Below, piece by piece: positions 24,840 to 38,593 of a stretch of 64,000 bases of DNA (positions are counted from its first letter, which is position 1; each line of letters begins with the position of its first letter). A program made the translations under genes and the position numbers. The stretch lies in assembly GCF_963921235.1 (NCBI RefSeq), contig NC_086097.1, positions 201,316,001 to 201,380,000 on the forward strand, in the 5' to 3' direction. The notes beneath the pieces were generated by a model. The model saw only the letters and a list, made by a program, of their open reading frames with translations, did not search any database and was not told the origin of the DNA. The DNA is from Mobula hypostoma (taxonomy: Eukaryota).

Positions 24840-27800
24840 TATTCTTTGTGTGAGATGTAGGAACTGTAAGAGACTCCAGTCTCCCTGATAATTACATCTG
24901 TATGAAATACACCAAGCTATAGTTCCATAGAGACATGCTAGGAATTGGAGCTGCAGCCCAGTGGCCTTTGGCTCATACGGGAGAATAAGGAGGTGATAGA
25001 TAGGAGGCACAGGGAGGTAGTTATCCCTAAGTTACAGGAGGCAGGTAGCAGGAGAAGGAAAGGGGATAGGCAACCAGTGCAGAGTACCCCTGTGGCCATT
25101 CCCATCAATAATAAGTGTACCACTTTGAATACTGTTGGGGGAAGGGGTAGCCTACCCGGGGGAGCCGAAGCAACTGAGTCTGTGGCTCAGAAGGGCAGGG
25201 GAGAGAAGAGAAGTGCAGTAGTGATAGGGGATTCCATAGTTAGTGGAGCAGACAGGAGATTCTGTGGTCATGAACAAGACACTCAGATGGTATATTGCGT
25301 CCCGCGTCCCAGGTCCCAGGGTTCGCGATGTCTCAGATCAGATCTATAGCATTCTGAAGGGGGAGGGTGAGCAGCAAGAAGTTGTAGCTCATATTAATAC
25401 CAACAACATAGGTAAGAAAAGGGAGGATGTCTGAAGAGAGAATATAGAGAGTTAGGGAGAAAGCTGAAAAGCATGACTCCCATGACAGTATTCATAGGAT
25501 TGCTGCCTGTGCCACATGTCAGTGAGGATAACAATAGGATGAAATGCCAGATGAATGCATGGCCGAGAAATTGGTGCAGGGAGCAAGTTCCAGATTTTTG
25601 GAGCTCTACAAAAAGAACAGATTACACCTGAACTGGAGGGGCATCAATGCTCTGAGGGACAGATTTCCTAGATCTGTTGGGGAACGATTAAACTAATTTG
25701 TCAGGAGGATAGGAACTGAAGTGATAGAACTGAGGATGAAGCAGTTGGAAGACAAGTAGATGCAGTGTGTAGTGAGACTGTAAAGAATGATAGGCATGAT
25801 GATAGGGCAAAAATGCAGTCAGAGTGATCAGTTGAAGTGTAACATGGGGACAAAAATCAAAAAAAGTGATCAAGAGTGATTTCACGTCATATGCCGGTGA
25901 TAATAAACCTGATTCTGATTCTGAAACCGAAAAGAGGACTAAAGGTGTTATATTTGAATGAACACAGTATACAGAATAAGGTAGACCATCTTGTGGCGCA
26001 GTTAGATTGCAAGGCATGATCTTGTGGGCAACATTGAGTCATGGCTGCTAGAAGGTTACAGTTGGGAGCTTAACATCCAAAACTACACACTGTATCAAAA
26101 GGACAGGCAAGTAGGCAGAAAAGGTGGCTAGATCGGTTGGTAAAAAATCAAATCAAATCGTTCCAAAGAGTTGACATACAGGATTGAAAGATGTAGAACC
26201 CTTGTGTGTAGAATTAAGTAACTGTAAGGATAAGAAACTCCTTATGGGAGTTATATGCAGGCCTCTGAACAGCAGTCAAGACGTACAGTACAAATTACAA
26301 TGGGAGATTGAAAAGGCATGTAAAAAGGGCAATGTAATGATAGTCATGGGGGAATTTCAATATACAGGTAGATTGGGAAAATCAGGTTGGCGCTGGAACT
26401 TGCAGAATGCCTATGAGATGGCTTTTTAAAAGTAGCTTATGGTTAAACCCAATAAGGGAAAGGCAATTCTCAATTAGGTGTGGTGTAATGAACCAGATTT
26501 GATTAGGGAGTTTAAGGTAAAGGAACCCATGTGAGGCAGCGATCATAACATGGTAAAATTCACCTCGCAGTTTGAGAGGGAGAAGAAAAAAGTCAATGTC
26601 TTGTAATGGAGTAAAGGGAATTACAGAAGCCTGAGAGAGGAGCAGGCGAAAGTAGATTGGAAGGGGACACTAGCAAAAAAGAGAGCAGAACAGCAATTTG
26701 GAAGGTGCAGGGTAGATACATAACAAAGATGAAGTATTCTAAAGGAAGTATGAGTCAACCATAGCTGACAAGCTAAGTCAAAGACAGCATAAATGCAAAA
26801 GAAAGGGCATATAATATAGTAAAACTTAGTGAAAGTTAGAGAAACAGAAGGCAACTAGAACACCAGACAGAGAGAAACGATGAAATATGAAAGTAAGCTA
26901 GCCAGTAATATAAAAGAGGATATCAAAAGCTTTGGCAGATATATAAAGAATAAAAGAGAGGTGAGAGTGGATATCAGACCACTGAAAAATTATATTGGAA
27001 AGGTGGTAATAGGGGACAAGGAAAGGGTGGAAGACTTAATAAATACAAATCTTTTGTCAGTCTTCACTGCAGAATACTATACCAGCATGCCAGAAGTTCG
27101 AGAGAGTCAGGGGACCGAAGTGAGTGTTGTTGCTTTACTACAGAGAAGGTGCTTGGGAACCTGAAAGGTCTGAAGGTAGATAAGTCACCAGGACCAGATG
27201 ACTATACTCCAGTTCTGAAACAGGTAGCTGAAGAGATTGTAGGGGTATTAGTAATGATTTTTCAAGAATCATTAGATTCTGCAATAGTTCCAGAGGACTG
27301 GAAAATTACAAATGTCACTCCACACTTTAAGAAAGGAGGGAGGCAGGAGAAAGGAAATTATAGGCTAGTGGTAGAAAAGATGATGGAAAACATCAATAAG
27401 GTTGAGAGGAGTTAGAGGAACGGGATAAAATAGGCCAAAGTCAACATGGTTTCCTTAAGGGAAAATCTTGTCTGACAAATCTGTTAGGATTCTTTGAAGA
27501 AATAATATGCAGGATAGACAAAGGAGAGTCAGTGAATGTTGTTTATTTGGATTTTCTGACTTTCTCTGACTTGGAATCTAGAATGCGACGGCAGAATTTA
27601 CGAATGATTGGCGTGAGGGAAGCCGCTGAAGGTAACAACCCCATGAAATATTTCTCCCAACTTTTAAAAGATGCATTCCCTACTGTATTTCCTGACCAAC
27701 CACCGCTACTGGATCGTGTTCACAGAATCCCATCATACTCGTCTAGGTCAGATAGACCTAGGCATGTTATCTTACGTTTTCATTACTTTCAAGACAAGGA

Positions 27801-29880
27801 GAGACTGTTTCGATTCGCTCGATCTAAAGGTTTCATTGATTTTTCGGATCTTAAGTTCCGATTCGTGGAAGATTTCAGTAAACCAATCTGGGACCAACGG
27901 GTCCGTTACAGATCCGTGATGTCGGAATTCTATAAGATGGATTTAAGACCAGCGCTGCTGTACCCTGCACGTCTAAGGATTCGCATGGCAGATGGAGCCC
28001 TTCGTTTTTTTGATTCTCCATCGGATGCCCAGAGTTATCTGGATCAACTCTCATCTCCAACATCTTAATTGCTTTCTTTTTAATTTTCTCCGTCGATCGG
28101 AGGCTGTGAATTGGTTGGTTTTAACTTTTCTGTGCCCTATTTGGGCAGAAAAGTTTACTTTCGATTTCTTAATATGGCTACTAAACTTTCTTTTTAACTG
28201 CGTCATTTCTTTCTTTTCCCAGGGGATTCTGGGTGGTTACTTCCCTTTTGTCATCTTACGTATTTCCTGTGCGGCCTTAAATTTTGTAGTTTTTGTTTAA
28301 ATTTTATTCTGTTTTGCTTTCTATAATCACTTTATGTTAATAATCCTATTTTTTTTTTGTTGCTGTGTCTATTCATGAGTTTGAGGTTTATTGTGGTTTT
28401 TTTTAATATATATTTTCCGGCTTTTGTTCTGTTCTGTGTGTATTCTAATTGAGTTAACTTTTTTTTACTTATTTTTTTACTGTTTTACAATTAGCTGATC
28501 CTTTTCATATTTATACCTTTTTTTTAGGGAGCGTATACCGGAAGTCATGGGGGTAGTTTTAGCGCTTGCTTCTTTCTGGCGGGTCTGCTTTAGATTTTGC
28601 CTTGGGGTCTTGGGCTGGGGGGTGGCGGGAGGGGCTTCACGTTTTAGTTTGTTTTTCTTTGGGCTATATACATTATTGAAGTACTGGTTGCGTCCTTTTC
28701 CCCGGTATCTTTTGTATGTTCTGTTTCCTCTCCGGGTTTGTGGGTCGCGCCTATTGTCAATCCTCCTTGTCGTGGGTTGACTTTAGGATTTATGGAGTCT
28801 ATTATTAATTTTGTCTCCTGGAATACTAATGGTCTTAATCATCCTATTAAAAGAAAAAAAGTTTTTAAAGTGTTCCGGAGACTTAAAGCACAAATTTTAT
28901 TTTTACAAGAGACCCATGTACGGAGGGGGGACAGACTATGTTTTTTCAAATTCTGGAAGGAACAACAATTTCATTCGAACTCCAATGCTAAGATTCGAGG
29001 CGTCTCTATTTTTATAGATTCCTCAGTTACTTTTATACAACAGGATATTATCTCTGATCCGAATGGTAGATTTTTATTGGTTAGTGGTTTACTATTTAAT
29101 AAAAAAGTAGTTTTGGTTAATGTTTATGCTCCTAATATGGATTGTCCGGAATTTTATAAATCATTGTTTGATCAGTTTCCGAATTTGAACGAGTTTTCAT
29201 TGATTTGGGGCGGAGATCTTAATACCTGTTTATCTCCAGCTTTGGACCGTTCGGCTCCTTTACGGACTTTACCTAATAAATCTGCAAATTTGATTAATTT
29301 TTTCCTTTCTGATTCTGGGTCGACGGATATTTGGCGTTTTCTGCATCCTCAGGATTCTTTGAAGAAATAATATGCAGGATAGACAAAGGAGAGTCAGTGA
29401 ATGTTGTTTATTTGGATTTTCAGAAGGCCTTTGACAAGGTGCCGCACATGAGGCTGATTAACAAGAACCCATGGCATTACAGGAAATATACTAGTGTTGG
29501 GTGACTGGCTGGAGGCAAAGACTGGGAATAAAGGGAACATTTCTGGATGGCTCCCAGTGGTGTTCCACAGGGTTGGTGTTGGGACTGCTTCTTTTCACGT
29601 TATATGCCATGATTTGGATGATGCAATTGATGGCTTTGTGGCCAAGTTTGCAGCTGATAGAAAGATAAGTGGTGTTGAGGAAGCAGGGAGTCTGCAGAAG
29701 GACTTAGATAAATGGGGAGAATGGGCAAAGAAGTGACAGGTGGAATATAGTGTAGTGAATTTTATGATCATGCACTTTATTAGAAGGAATAAAAGGCTTA
29801 GCCTATTCTTAAAAGGAGAAAAAAAATCACTAATCAGAGGTGCAAAGGGACCTGGGAGTTCTCTTGCAGGGTTCCCTAAA
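24840..29880 (+). mobile_element. Old CR1 (ORF1 esterase + ORF2), interrupted by L1
   Basis: AVVIGDSIV (SGNH esterase), KSPGPD, EDWKITNVTP, VYLDFQKAFDKVPH and AKFAAD motifs, with many disablements. Confidence 0.8.
27557..29350 (+). mobile_element. Internal L1 fragment: ORF1 C-terminus, T-rich spacer, ORF2 endonuclease N-terminus
   Basis: ORF1 DLESRMRRQNLRMIGV...DRVHR...LYPARL (stop 28068). ORF2 ATG 28792 with SWNTNGL, FLQETH, NVYAPN, GGDLN, DIWRFLHP. Flanked by a 71-bp direct repeat. Confidence 0.92.
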
Positions 29881-29881
29881 T

Positions 29882-30155
29882 CGCCTCCCTCTAGTGCTCC
29901 TTCCCCCTTTTGCTTTCTTCCATGGTCATCTGTGTCTTTCACCAATCAACTCCCAGCACTTTACTTCATTCCTCCCCCTCTAGGTTTCACCTATCACCTG
30001 GTGGTTCTCTCTCCCCTCCTACAATCTTTTAAATCTACTCCTCAGCTTTTTTTTCCCAGTCCTGCCAAAAGGTTTCAGCCCGAAATGTTGACTGTTATTT
30101 TTTTCCATAGATGCTGCCTGGCCTGCTGAGTTGCTCCAACATTTTGTGTGGGCTG
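29882..30155 (+). mobile_element. Penelope-like terminal-repeat fragment with degenerate hammerhead
   Basis: Pyrimidine-rich stretch, then agtcctgccaaaaggtttcagcccgaaatgttgact and agatgctgcctggcctgctgagtt. Confidence 0.65.
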
Positions 30156-31399
30156 CCCATACCACTGACTACAGATTATCAAACGAGAACTCATTAGCCC
30201 TCATTTAATGAGTGTAGAAGGGCATTTTTGGAGAAGCAGCAGATGCACTAAAATGACATATCTAGATGGTGAAGCAGATACACAATAGTAGCTGCCTGAA
30301 AAACAACAAGAATAGGAAGCCATAGACAAACATGACCAGCTGTACAACCAATGGATAATATCAAAGCTCTACGGTCTTACTACATGTGGTCCTGAGTAGT
30401 TAAATAGCTGAGATGTGGAAACTACAGGAACTTCAACAATGGTAGAGTCTAGCATGCAAGACTTAACAGAAAAGGTGGAAGCATTCACAACATTTTCAGG
30501 CAGATCTTCTGAGATGATTCATCTTAACGTCTCCTTGAAATACACAATACAACAGGGGCCAGTATTTAGTTGATTGGTTTCACCCCTCATGATATTAAAA
30601 AAAAATCTGAGATCTAATGAAGTAACAAAGACTCTGGGATCATACAACATCTCAAGTGTGGTACTGAAGACATGTGCTCCAAAACCAAGCATGCCTCTAG
30701 TCAAGCTGATATATTGCACTGATGACACTTCTACCCAATAATGTGGAAAATTGGCCTATTCACAGAAAGCAAGATAAATCAAATGCAGCTAATAAATGCC
30801 AAGTGTATTTTCAATCATCTGCAAAGAGTAAAATGTTTCCTACAGTACTATAAAGTTCCAGATCTCATTACAATCTTAGTCCAAATACGATCAAAGAACT
30901 GAATGCCACAGGTGAAATGAGAATGCTGCTCATGCCACATTTGACTGAGTGTGGCATCACAGAATCAGGGTAAAGTTGAAGTTTACAAGTATTAAGGGGA
31001 AATCAAGACAATTTTGGTATTGCAGGTCAATCAACCTAGCCTCAGGATATTGCTGCGGGTATTTCTTGGGACAATGTCCTGAGCCCAATCATCTTCATCA
31101 TCTTCTTAAGTCATATTCTGTCCTTCACACCAAAGTAAGGATGTTTGCAGATAATTCCAAAACATTCAATTGCATTACAATTCTCTAGCAAATAAAACAG
31201 TCGAGTACTACATGCAAGACGTGAGGAATGAGCTAGTTGAAGAGCGTCATGTAACAACAGTGCCTTATGCCAATGCCAAAGACTACCTGAAGAATCTAAC
31301 TGCCTACCTGCCCCACCCAATTCAATGCTAATACCATCAACAGATACCCCCACATCAATATCCTGCGAAGATTCATTCACCAAAGATATACAATCATGT

Positions 31400-32966
31400 C
31401 AATAGACAATAGACAATAGGTGCAGGAGTAGGCCATTCGGCCCTTCGAGCCAGCACCGCCATTCACTGTGATCATGGCTGATCATCTACAATCAGTATCC
31501 AGTTCCTGCCTTATCCCCATAACCTTTCATTCCGCTATCTTTAAGAGCTCTATCCATCTCTTTCTTGAAAGCATCCAGAGACTTGGCCTCCACAGCCTTC
31601 TGGGGCAGAGCATTCCATATATCCACCTCAACTCTGTTCTAAATGGCCTACCCCTTATTCTTAAACTGTGGCCTCTGGTTCTGGACTCACCCATCAGTGG
31701 GAACATGCTTCCTGCCTCCAGCATGTCCAATCCCGTAATAATCCTATATGCTTCAATAACATCCCCTCTCAGCCTTCTAAATTCCACAGTATACAAGCCC
31801 AGTCGCTCCAATCTTTTGACATATGACAGTCCCGCCATCCCGGGAATTAACCTTGTGAACCTACGCTGCACTCCCTCAATAGCAAGAATGTCCTTCCTCA
31901 AATTTGGAGACCAAAACTGCACACAGTATTCCAGGTGTAGTCTCACCAGGGCTCTGTACAGCTGCAGAAGGACCTCTTTGCTCTTATACTCAATTCCCCT
32001 TGTTATGAAGGCCAGCATGCCATTAACTTTCTTCACTGCCTGCTGTACTTGCATGCTTGCTTTCAGTGACTGATGTACAAGAACACCTAGATCTCGTTGT
32101 GCTTCCCCTTTTCCTAACTTGACTCTATTTACATAATAATCTGCCTTCCTGTTCTTACCACCAAAGTGGATAACCTTACACTTATACACATTAAACTGCA
32201 TCTGCCATGCATCTGCCCACTCACCCAGCCTGTCCAAGTCACCCTGCATTCTCATAACATCCTCCTCACATTTCACACTGCCACCCAGCTTTGTGTCATT
32301 GACAAATTTGCTAATGTTACTTTTAATTCCCTCATCTAAATCATTAATATATATTGTAAACAGCTGCGGTCCCAGCACTGAACCCTGCGGTATCCCACTG
32401 GTCACCGCCTGCCATTCCGAAAGGGACCAGTTAATCGCTACTCTTTGTTTTCTGTCAGCCAGCCAATTTTCAATCCATGTCAGTACTCTGCCCCCAATAC
32501 CATGTGCCCTAATTTTGCCCACTAATCTCCTATGTGGGACTTTATGAAAGACTTTCTGAAAGTCCAGGTACACTATATCCACTGGCTCTCCCTTGTCCAT
32601 TTTCATAGTTACATCCTCAAAAAATTCCAGAAGATTAGTCAAGCATGATTTCCCCTTTGTAAATCTATGCTGACTCGGACCGATCCTGTTACTGCGATCC
32701 AGAAGTGTCATAATTTCATCTTTTATAATTGACTCCAGCATCTTTCCCACCATTGACGTCAGGCTAACCGGTCTATAATTCTCAGTTTTCTCTCTTCCTC
32801 TCTTCTTGAAGAGAGGGACAACATTAGCCACCCTCCAATCCACAGGAACTGGTCCTGAATCTACAGAACATTGGAAAATGATTACCAATGTGTCCACGAT
32901 TTCTAAAGCCACCTCCTTAAGTACCCTGGGATGCAGACCATCAGGTCCCAGGGACTTATCAGCCTT
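31400..32966 (-). mobile_element. CR1 ORF2 RT and 3' end (host of the 32967-36945 insertion)
   Basis: 461-aa RT ORF 31527..32912; (TCTATTG)n tail. Confidence 0.92.
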
Positions 32967-35900
32967 CGACGAGAAGAGGCGGAGGACAAGCTAGCTCGCA
33001 GTTAGTTTTTACAATGTCTCCTGAGATGGTGATGTGTCTCTCATGTGAGATGTGGCAGTCTTGGGAGAACTCCCCTCTCCCGCAGAGTCACATCTGCCAG
33101 AAGTGCATACGGCTGGGCGATCTGGAAGACTGCATAAGGAATCTGGAGCAGCAGCTGGATGACCTTCGACTCATAAGGGAGAATAAGGCAGTCATAGATG
33201 AGAGCTACAGGGAGGTAGTCACACCTAGGCTGTCAGAAGCAGGTCGTTGGGTGACAGTCAGAGGGGGGAAAGTGAAGGTGAGCAGACAGGTAGTGCAGTC
33301 CACCCCTTAGCCATTCCCCTGAATAATAAGTTTACCGCCCTGGATACTGTTGGCGGGGACGACCAACCAGGTGTGAGCCACAGTGGCAGGGCCTCTGGCA
33401 CTGAGTCTGAACCTGTGGTGCAGAAGGGTGGGATGGAGAAGAGGAGAGCTGTCGTCATTGGAGACTCTATAGTCAGGGGAGCAGACAGGAGATTTTGTGG
33501 ACGTGAGAAGGACACCCGCATGGTTTGTTGCCTCCCGGGTGCCAGGGTCTGGGATGTCTCTGACCGGGTACACGACATCCTGGTATGAGAGGGAAAACAA
33601 CCAGAAGTCGTGATACATGTTGAGACCAACAACATAGGCAGGAAGAGGGATGAGGTCCTGAAGTGTGAGTTTTGGGAACTAGGCAGAAGGCTCAAGAACA
33701 GGACCTCAAGGGTGGCATTCTCAGGATTGCGGCCAGTGCTACGTGACAGTGATGGTAAGAATTGGAAGAGATGGCAGTTGAATGTGTGGCTGAGGAGTTG
33801 GTGCAGGGAGCAGGGTTTTAGATTTTTAGATCATTGGAATCTCTTCTGGGGAAGGTGGGACCTGTACAGATTGGATGGGTTGCACCTGAACTCGAGGGGA
33901 AGCAATATCCTTGCAGGTAGGTTTGCTAGCATGGTTCGGGAGGGATTAAACTAATTTGTGACGGGGATGGGACCCAGAGCGATAGAGCAATGAAAGAAGT
34001 GCATGGAGTAAAGCCAGATCTGACATACAGAGAGGCTTTGAGGAAAAAGAAGCAGAATAAACGGTGTAAAGACAGTAAGGTAGAGGGCTGAAATGTGTGT
34101 ACCTCAATGCAAGAAGCATCAGGAACAAAGGTGATGAACTGAGAGCTTGGATACATACATGGAATTATGATGGAGTGGCCATTACAGAGACTTGGCTGGC
34201 ACCAGGGCAGGAATGGATTCTCAATATTCCTGGATTTCAGTGCTTTAAAAGGGATAGAGAGGGCAGAAAAAGGGGTGGAGGGGTGACATTACTGGTCAGG
34301 GATACTATTACAGCTACAGAAAGGGTAGGTAATGTAGCGGGATCCTCTTTTGAGTCAATATGGGTGGAATCAGGAACAGGAAGGGAGCAGTTACTCTATT
34401 TGGAGTATTCTATAGTCCCCTAGTAGCAGAAGAGATACAGAGGAGCAGATTGGGAGGCAGATTTTGGAACGGTGCAAAAATAACAGGGTTGTTATCATGG
34501 GTGACTTTAACTTCCCTAATATTGATTGGCACCTGATTAGTTCCAAGGGTTTAGATGGGGCAGAGTTTGTTGTGGTGTGTCCAGGACGGATTCCTGTCAC
34601 AGTATGTGGACAGGCCGACCGGGGGAATGCCATACTAAATATAGTATTAGGTAATGAACCGGGTCAGGTCACAGATCTCTCAGTGGGTGAGCATCTGGGG
34701 GACAGTGACCACCGCTCCCTGGCCTTTAGCATTATCATGGAAAAGGATAGAATCAGAGAGGACAGGAAAATTTTTAATTTGGGAAAGGCAAATTATGAGG
34801 CTATAAGGCTAGAACTTGCGGGTGTGAATTGGGATGATGTTTTTGCAAGGAAATGTACTATGGACATGTGGTCAATGTTTAGAGATCTCTTGTGGGATGT
34901 AAGGGATAAATTTATCCCGGTGAGGAAGATAAAGAATGGTAGGGTGAAGGAACCATGGGTGACAAGTGAGGTGGAAAATCTAGTCAGGTGGAAGAAGGCA
35001 GCATACATGAGGTTTAGGAAGCAAGGATCAGATGGGTCTATTGAGGAATATAGGGAAGCAAGAAAGGAGCTTAAGAAGGGGCTGAGAAGAGCAAGAAGGG
35101 GGCATGAGAAGACCTTGGTGAGTAGGGTAAAGGAAAACCCCAAGGCATTCTTCAATTATGTGAAGAAAAAAAGGATGACAGTAGTGAAGGTAGGACCGAT
35201 TAGAGATAAAGGTGGGAAGACATGCCTGGAGGCTGTGGAAGTGAGCGAGGTCTTCAATGAATACTTCTCTTCGGTATTCACCAATGAGAGGGAACTTGAT
35301 GCTGGTGAGGACAATATGAGTGAGGTTGATGTTCTGGAGCATGTTGATATTAAGGGAGAGGAGATGTTGGAGTTGTTAAAATACATTAGGACAGATAAGT
35401 CCCCGGGGCCTGATGGAATATTCCCCAGGCTGCTCCACGAGGCGAGAGAAGAGATTGCTAAGCCTCTGGCTAGGATCTTTATGTCCTCGTTGTCCACAGG
35501 AATGGTACCAGAGGATTGGAGGGAGGCGAATGTTGTTCCCGTGTTCAAAAAAGGTAGTAGGGATAGTCCAGGTAATTATAGACCAGTGAGCCTTATGTCT
35601 CTGGTGGGAAAGCTGTTGGAAAAGATTCTTAGAGATAGGATCTATAGGCATTTAGAGAATCATGGTCTGATCAGGGACAGTCAGCATGGCTTTGTGAAGG
35701 GCAGATCATGTCTAACAAGCCTGATAGAGTTCTTTGAGGAGGTGACCAGGCATGTAGATGAGAGTAGTTCAGTGGGTGTGATCTATATGGATTTTAGTAA
35801 GGCATTTGACAAGGTTCCACACGGTAGGCTTATTCAGAAAGTTAGAAGGCATGGGATCCAGGGAAGTTTGGCCAGGTGGATTCAGAATTGGCTTGCCTGC

Positions 35901-36945
35901 AGAAGGCAGAGGGTGGTGGTGGAGGGAGTACATTCAGATTGGAGGATTGTGACTAGTGGTGTCCCACAAGGATCTGTTCTGGGACCTCTACTTTTTGTGA
36001 TTTTTATTAACGACCTGGATGTGGGGGTAGAAGGGTGGGTTGGCAAGTTTGCAGACGACACAAAGGTTGGTGGTGTTGTAGATAGTGTAGAGGATTGTCA
36101 AAGATTGCAGAGAGACATTGATAGGATGCAGAAGTGGGCTGAGAAGTGGCAGATGGAGTTCAACCTGGAGAAGTGTGAGGTGGTACACTTTGGAAGGACA
36201 AACTCCAAGGCAGAGTACAAAGTAAATGGCAGGATACTTGGTAGTGTGGAGGAGCAGAGGGATCTCGGGGTACATGTCCACAGATCCCTGAAAGTTGCCT
36301 CACAGGTGGATAGGGTAGTTAAGAAAGCTTATGGGGTGTTAAGCTTTCATAAGTCGAGGGATAGAGTTTAAGAGACGCGATGTAATGATGCAGCTCTATA
36401 AAACTCTGGTTAGGCCACACTTGGAGTACTGTGTCCATTTCTGGTCACCTCACTATAGGAAGGATGTGGAAGCATTGGAAAGGGTACAGAGGAGATTTAC
36501 CAGGATGCTGCCTGGCGTGGAAAGTATGCATTATGATCAAAGATTAAGGGAGCTAGGGCTTTACTCTTTGGAGAGAAGGAGGATGAGAGGAGACATGATA
36601 GAGATGTACAAGATAATAAGAGGAATAGATAAGAGTGGATAGCCAGCGCCTCTTTCCCAGGGCACCACTGCTCAATACAAGAGGACATGGCTTTAAGGTA
36701 AGGGGTGGGAAGTTCAAGGGGGATATTAGAGGAAGGTTTTTTATTCAGAGAGTGGTTGGTGCATGGAATGCACTGCCTGAGTCAGTGGTGGAGGTAGATA
36801 CACTAGTGAAGTTTAAGAGACTACTAGACAGGTATATGGAGGAATTTAAGGTGGGGGCTTATATGCGAGGCAAGGTTTGAGAGTCGGCACAACCTTGTGG
36901 GCCGAAGGGCCTGTACTGTGCCGTACTATTCTACGTTCTATGTTC
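32967..36945 (+). mobile_element. Near full-length CR1: ORF1 (CxxC-CxxC finger, coiled coil, SGNH esterase) + ORF2 (APE, RT)
   Basis: ORF1 from ATG 33014: CLSC...CQKC, AVVIGDSIV, DGLHLN, stop 33954. ORF2: YLNARS, MGDFNFP, GVPQGSVLGP, KFADD. (TTCTATG)n tail. A few stops and frameshifts. Confidence 0.93.
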
Positions 36946-37607
36946 AACAGCCTATTCAACACCATTTCCTGCCTAATATAAATTTCCTTCAGTTTATCAA
37001 TTACCCTAGGTTCTTTGGCCACTATTATATCTGGGAGATTGTTTGTGTCTTCCCTAGTGAAGACAGATCCAAAGTACCTGTTCAACTCGTCTGCCATTTC
37101 CTCGTTCCCCATAATAAATTCACCCGCTTCTGTCTTCAAGGGCCCAATTTTGGTCGTAACTATTTTTTTCCTTTTCACATACCTAAAGAAGCTTTCACTA
37201 TCCTCCTTTATATTCTTGGCTAGTTTACCTTTGTACCTCATTTTTTCTCTGCGTATTGCCTTTTTAGTTACCTTCTGTTGCTCTTTAAAAGTTTCCCAAT
37301 CCTCCGGCTTCCCACTCGTCTTTGCTATGTTATACTTCTTCTCTTTTATTTTTATACTGTCCATTACTTCCCTTGTCAGCCACGGCCTCCCTTACTCCCC
37401 TTAGGATCTTTCTTCCTCTTTGGAATGAACTGATTCTGCACCTTCCGCATTATTCCCAGAATTATTCCCACTTGCCATTGCTGTTCCACTGTCATCCCTG
37501 CTAGGGTATTGTTCCATTGAACTTTGGCCAGCTCCTCCCTCATAGCACCATAGTTCCCTTTGTTCAACTGTAATACTGACATTTCCGAGTTTCCCTTCTC
37601 CTTCTCA
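36946..37607 (-). mobile_element. CR1 ORF2 upstream part (continuation of 31400-32966)
   Basis: KLAKNIKEDSESFFRYVK and MADELNRYFGSVFT motifs. Confidence 0.85.
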
Positions 37608-38593
37608 AGTCAGGGGCTATCTATCCTCTGCTTACAAGCTCACTTCCTGACATTTAAAAGCATTCTAGGAGCACAATGGAATACCATCGACTTGCAATAA
37701 TACAGCTCAAACACTACTCAAAACGTTCGACATCATCTAGATCAAGGAACATTGGATACTTGGTATGCTATCACTCCTGTAAATATTTATTCCCTCCTTA
37801 TCTACTGAATCCTGGCTATTATCTAAAAAAGGAGCTGCAGTTACCTGCACCAACAGCACCTCTTACATCTGTATATTTGGTGGTCAAGATTGAGAGGGGC
37901 TGTGAGAATCTTAGGTTGTAATTCATAGTGAACAAATACAATTTAATCTATGAATTATGACCCAAGATTCTGTTGTTCTGCATGGTCGAAACTATTTATT
38001 GTTATGGTCTATGCAGAACAACAAAAAAATGTTAAAAATTATTAATGTATAAGAAAAGATGAAATTGGAACAAGTCACTGAGACTGGATCTTATAATCTG
38101 TGTTTAAAATGTTTAAAATGCAGATGTGGAAGTCTGAAATAAAAAAAAACAGAAAATGTTAGAAATATTCAGTAGGATCAATCTTTCAAATTTCAATCAT
38201 GTTTAGTCCTTCATTTTTAATAAAGTGACTTCAACCTGAAATGCAAAATTGGTTCCTTTCTTTGCAGATGCTTCCTGAGCATTTCCAGCATTTTCTTTTT
38301 TTATCCTTGCATGGTTTGCAGACTTCAATAGTTTTAGCTATTTACGGTATATTATTTTGTTGAATTGCAGACTCACATACAGTTCTTTTCTAGAATTTGT
38401 GCTAAAATTCATTTATATATCACATCAGGTTTAACTAAGTTACAAAGAATCATAGGTATTGTCATTATTTTGTTCATTATCAATTTTTATGCAATAAAAT
38501 CATTAAAATCCACTCCTATATATTAGCCATGGCAAAATAAATCCACTGAATCTAAAAAGTTTTTAAAATATACAGACTGTATTAACCACTAAC

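Noticed and set aside
27532..28068. 178-aa ORF as a novel fusion gene
   Set aside because: Chance in-frame join of CR1 RT residues (VVYLDF) with the L1 ORF1 C-terminus at the insertion junction; no ATG start.
34464..36371. 635-aa ORF as a host or domesticated gene
   Set aside because: Part of CR1 ORF2, bounded by frameshifts and followed by the CR1 tail.
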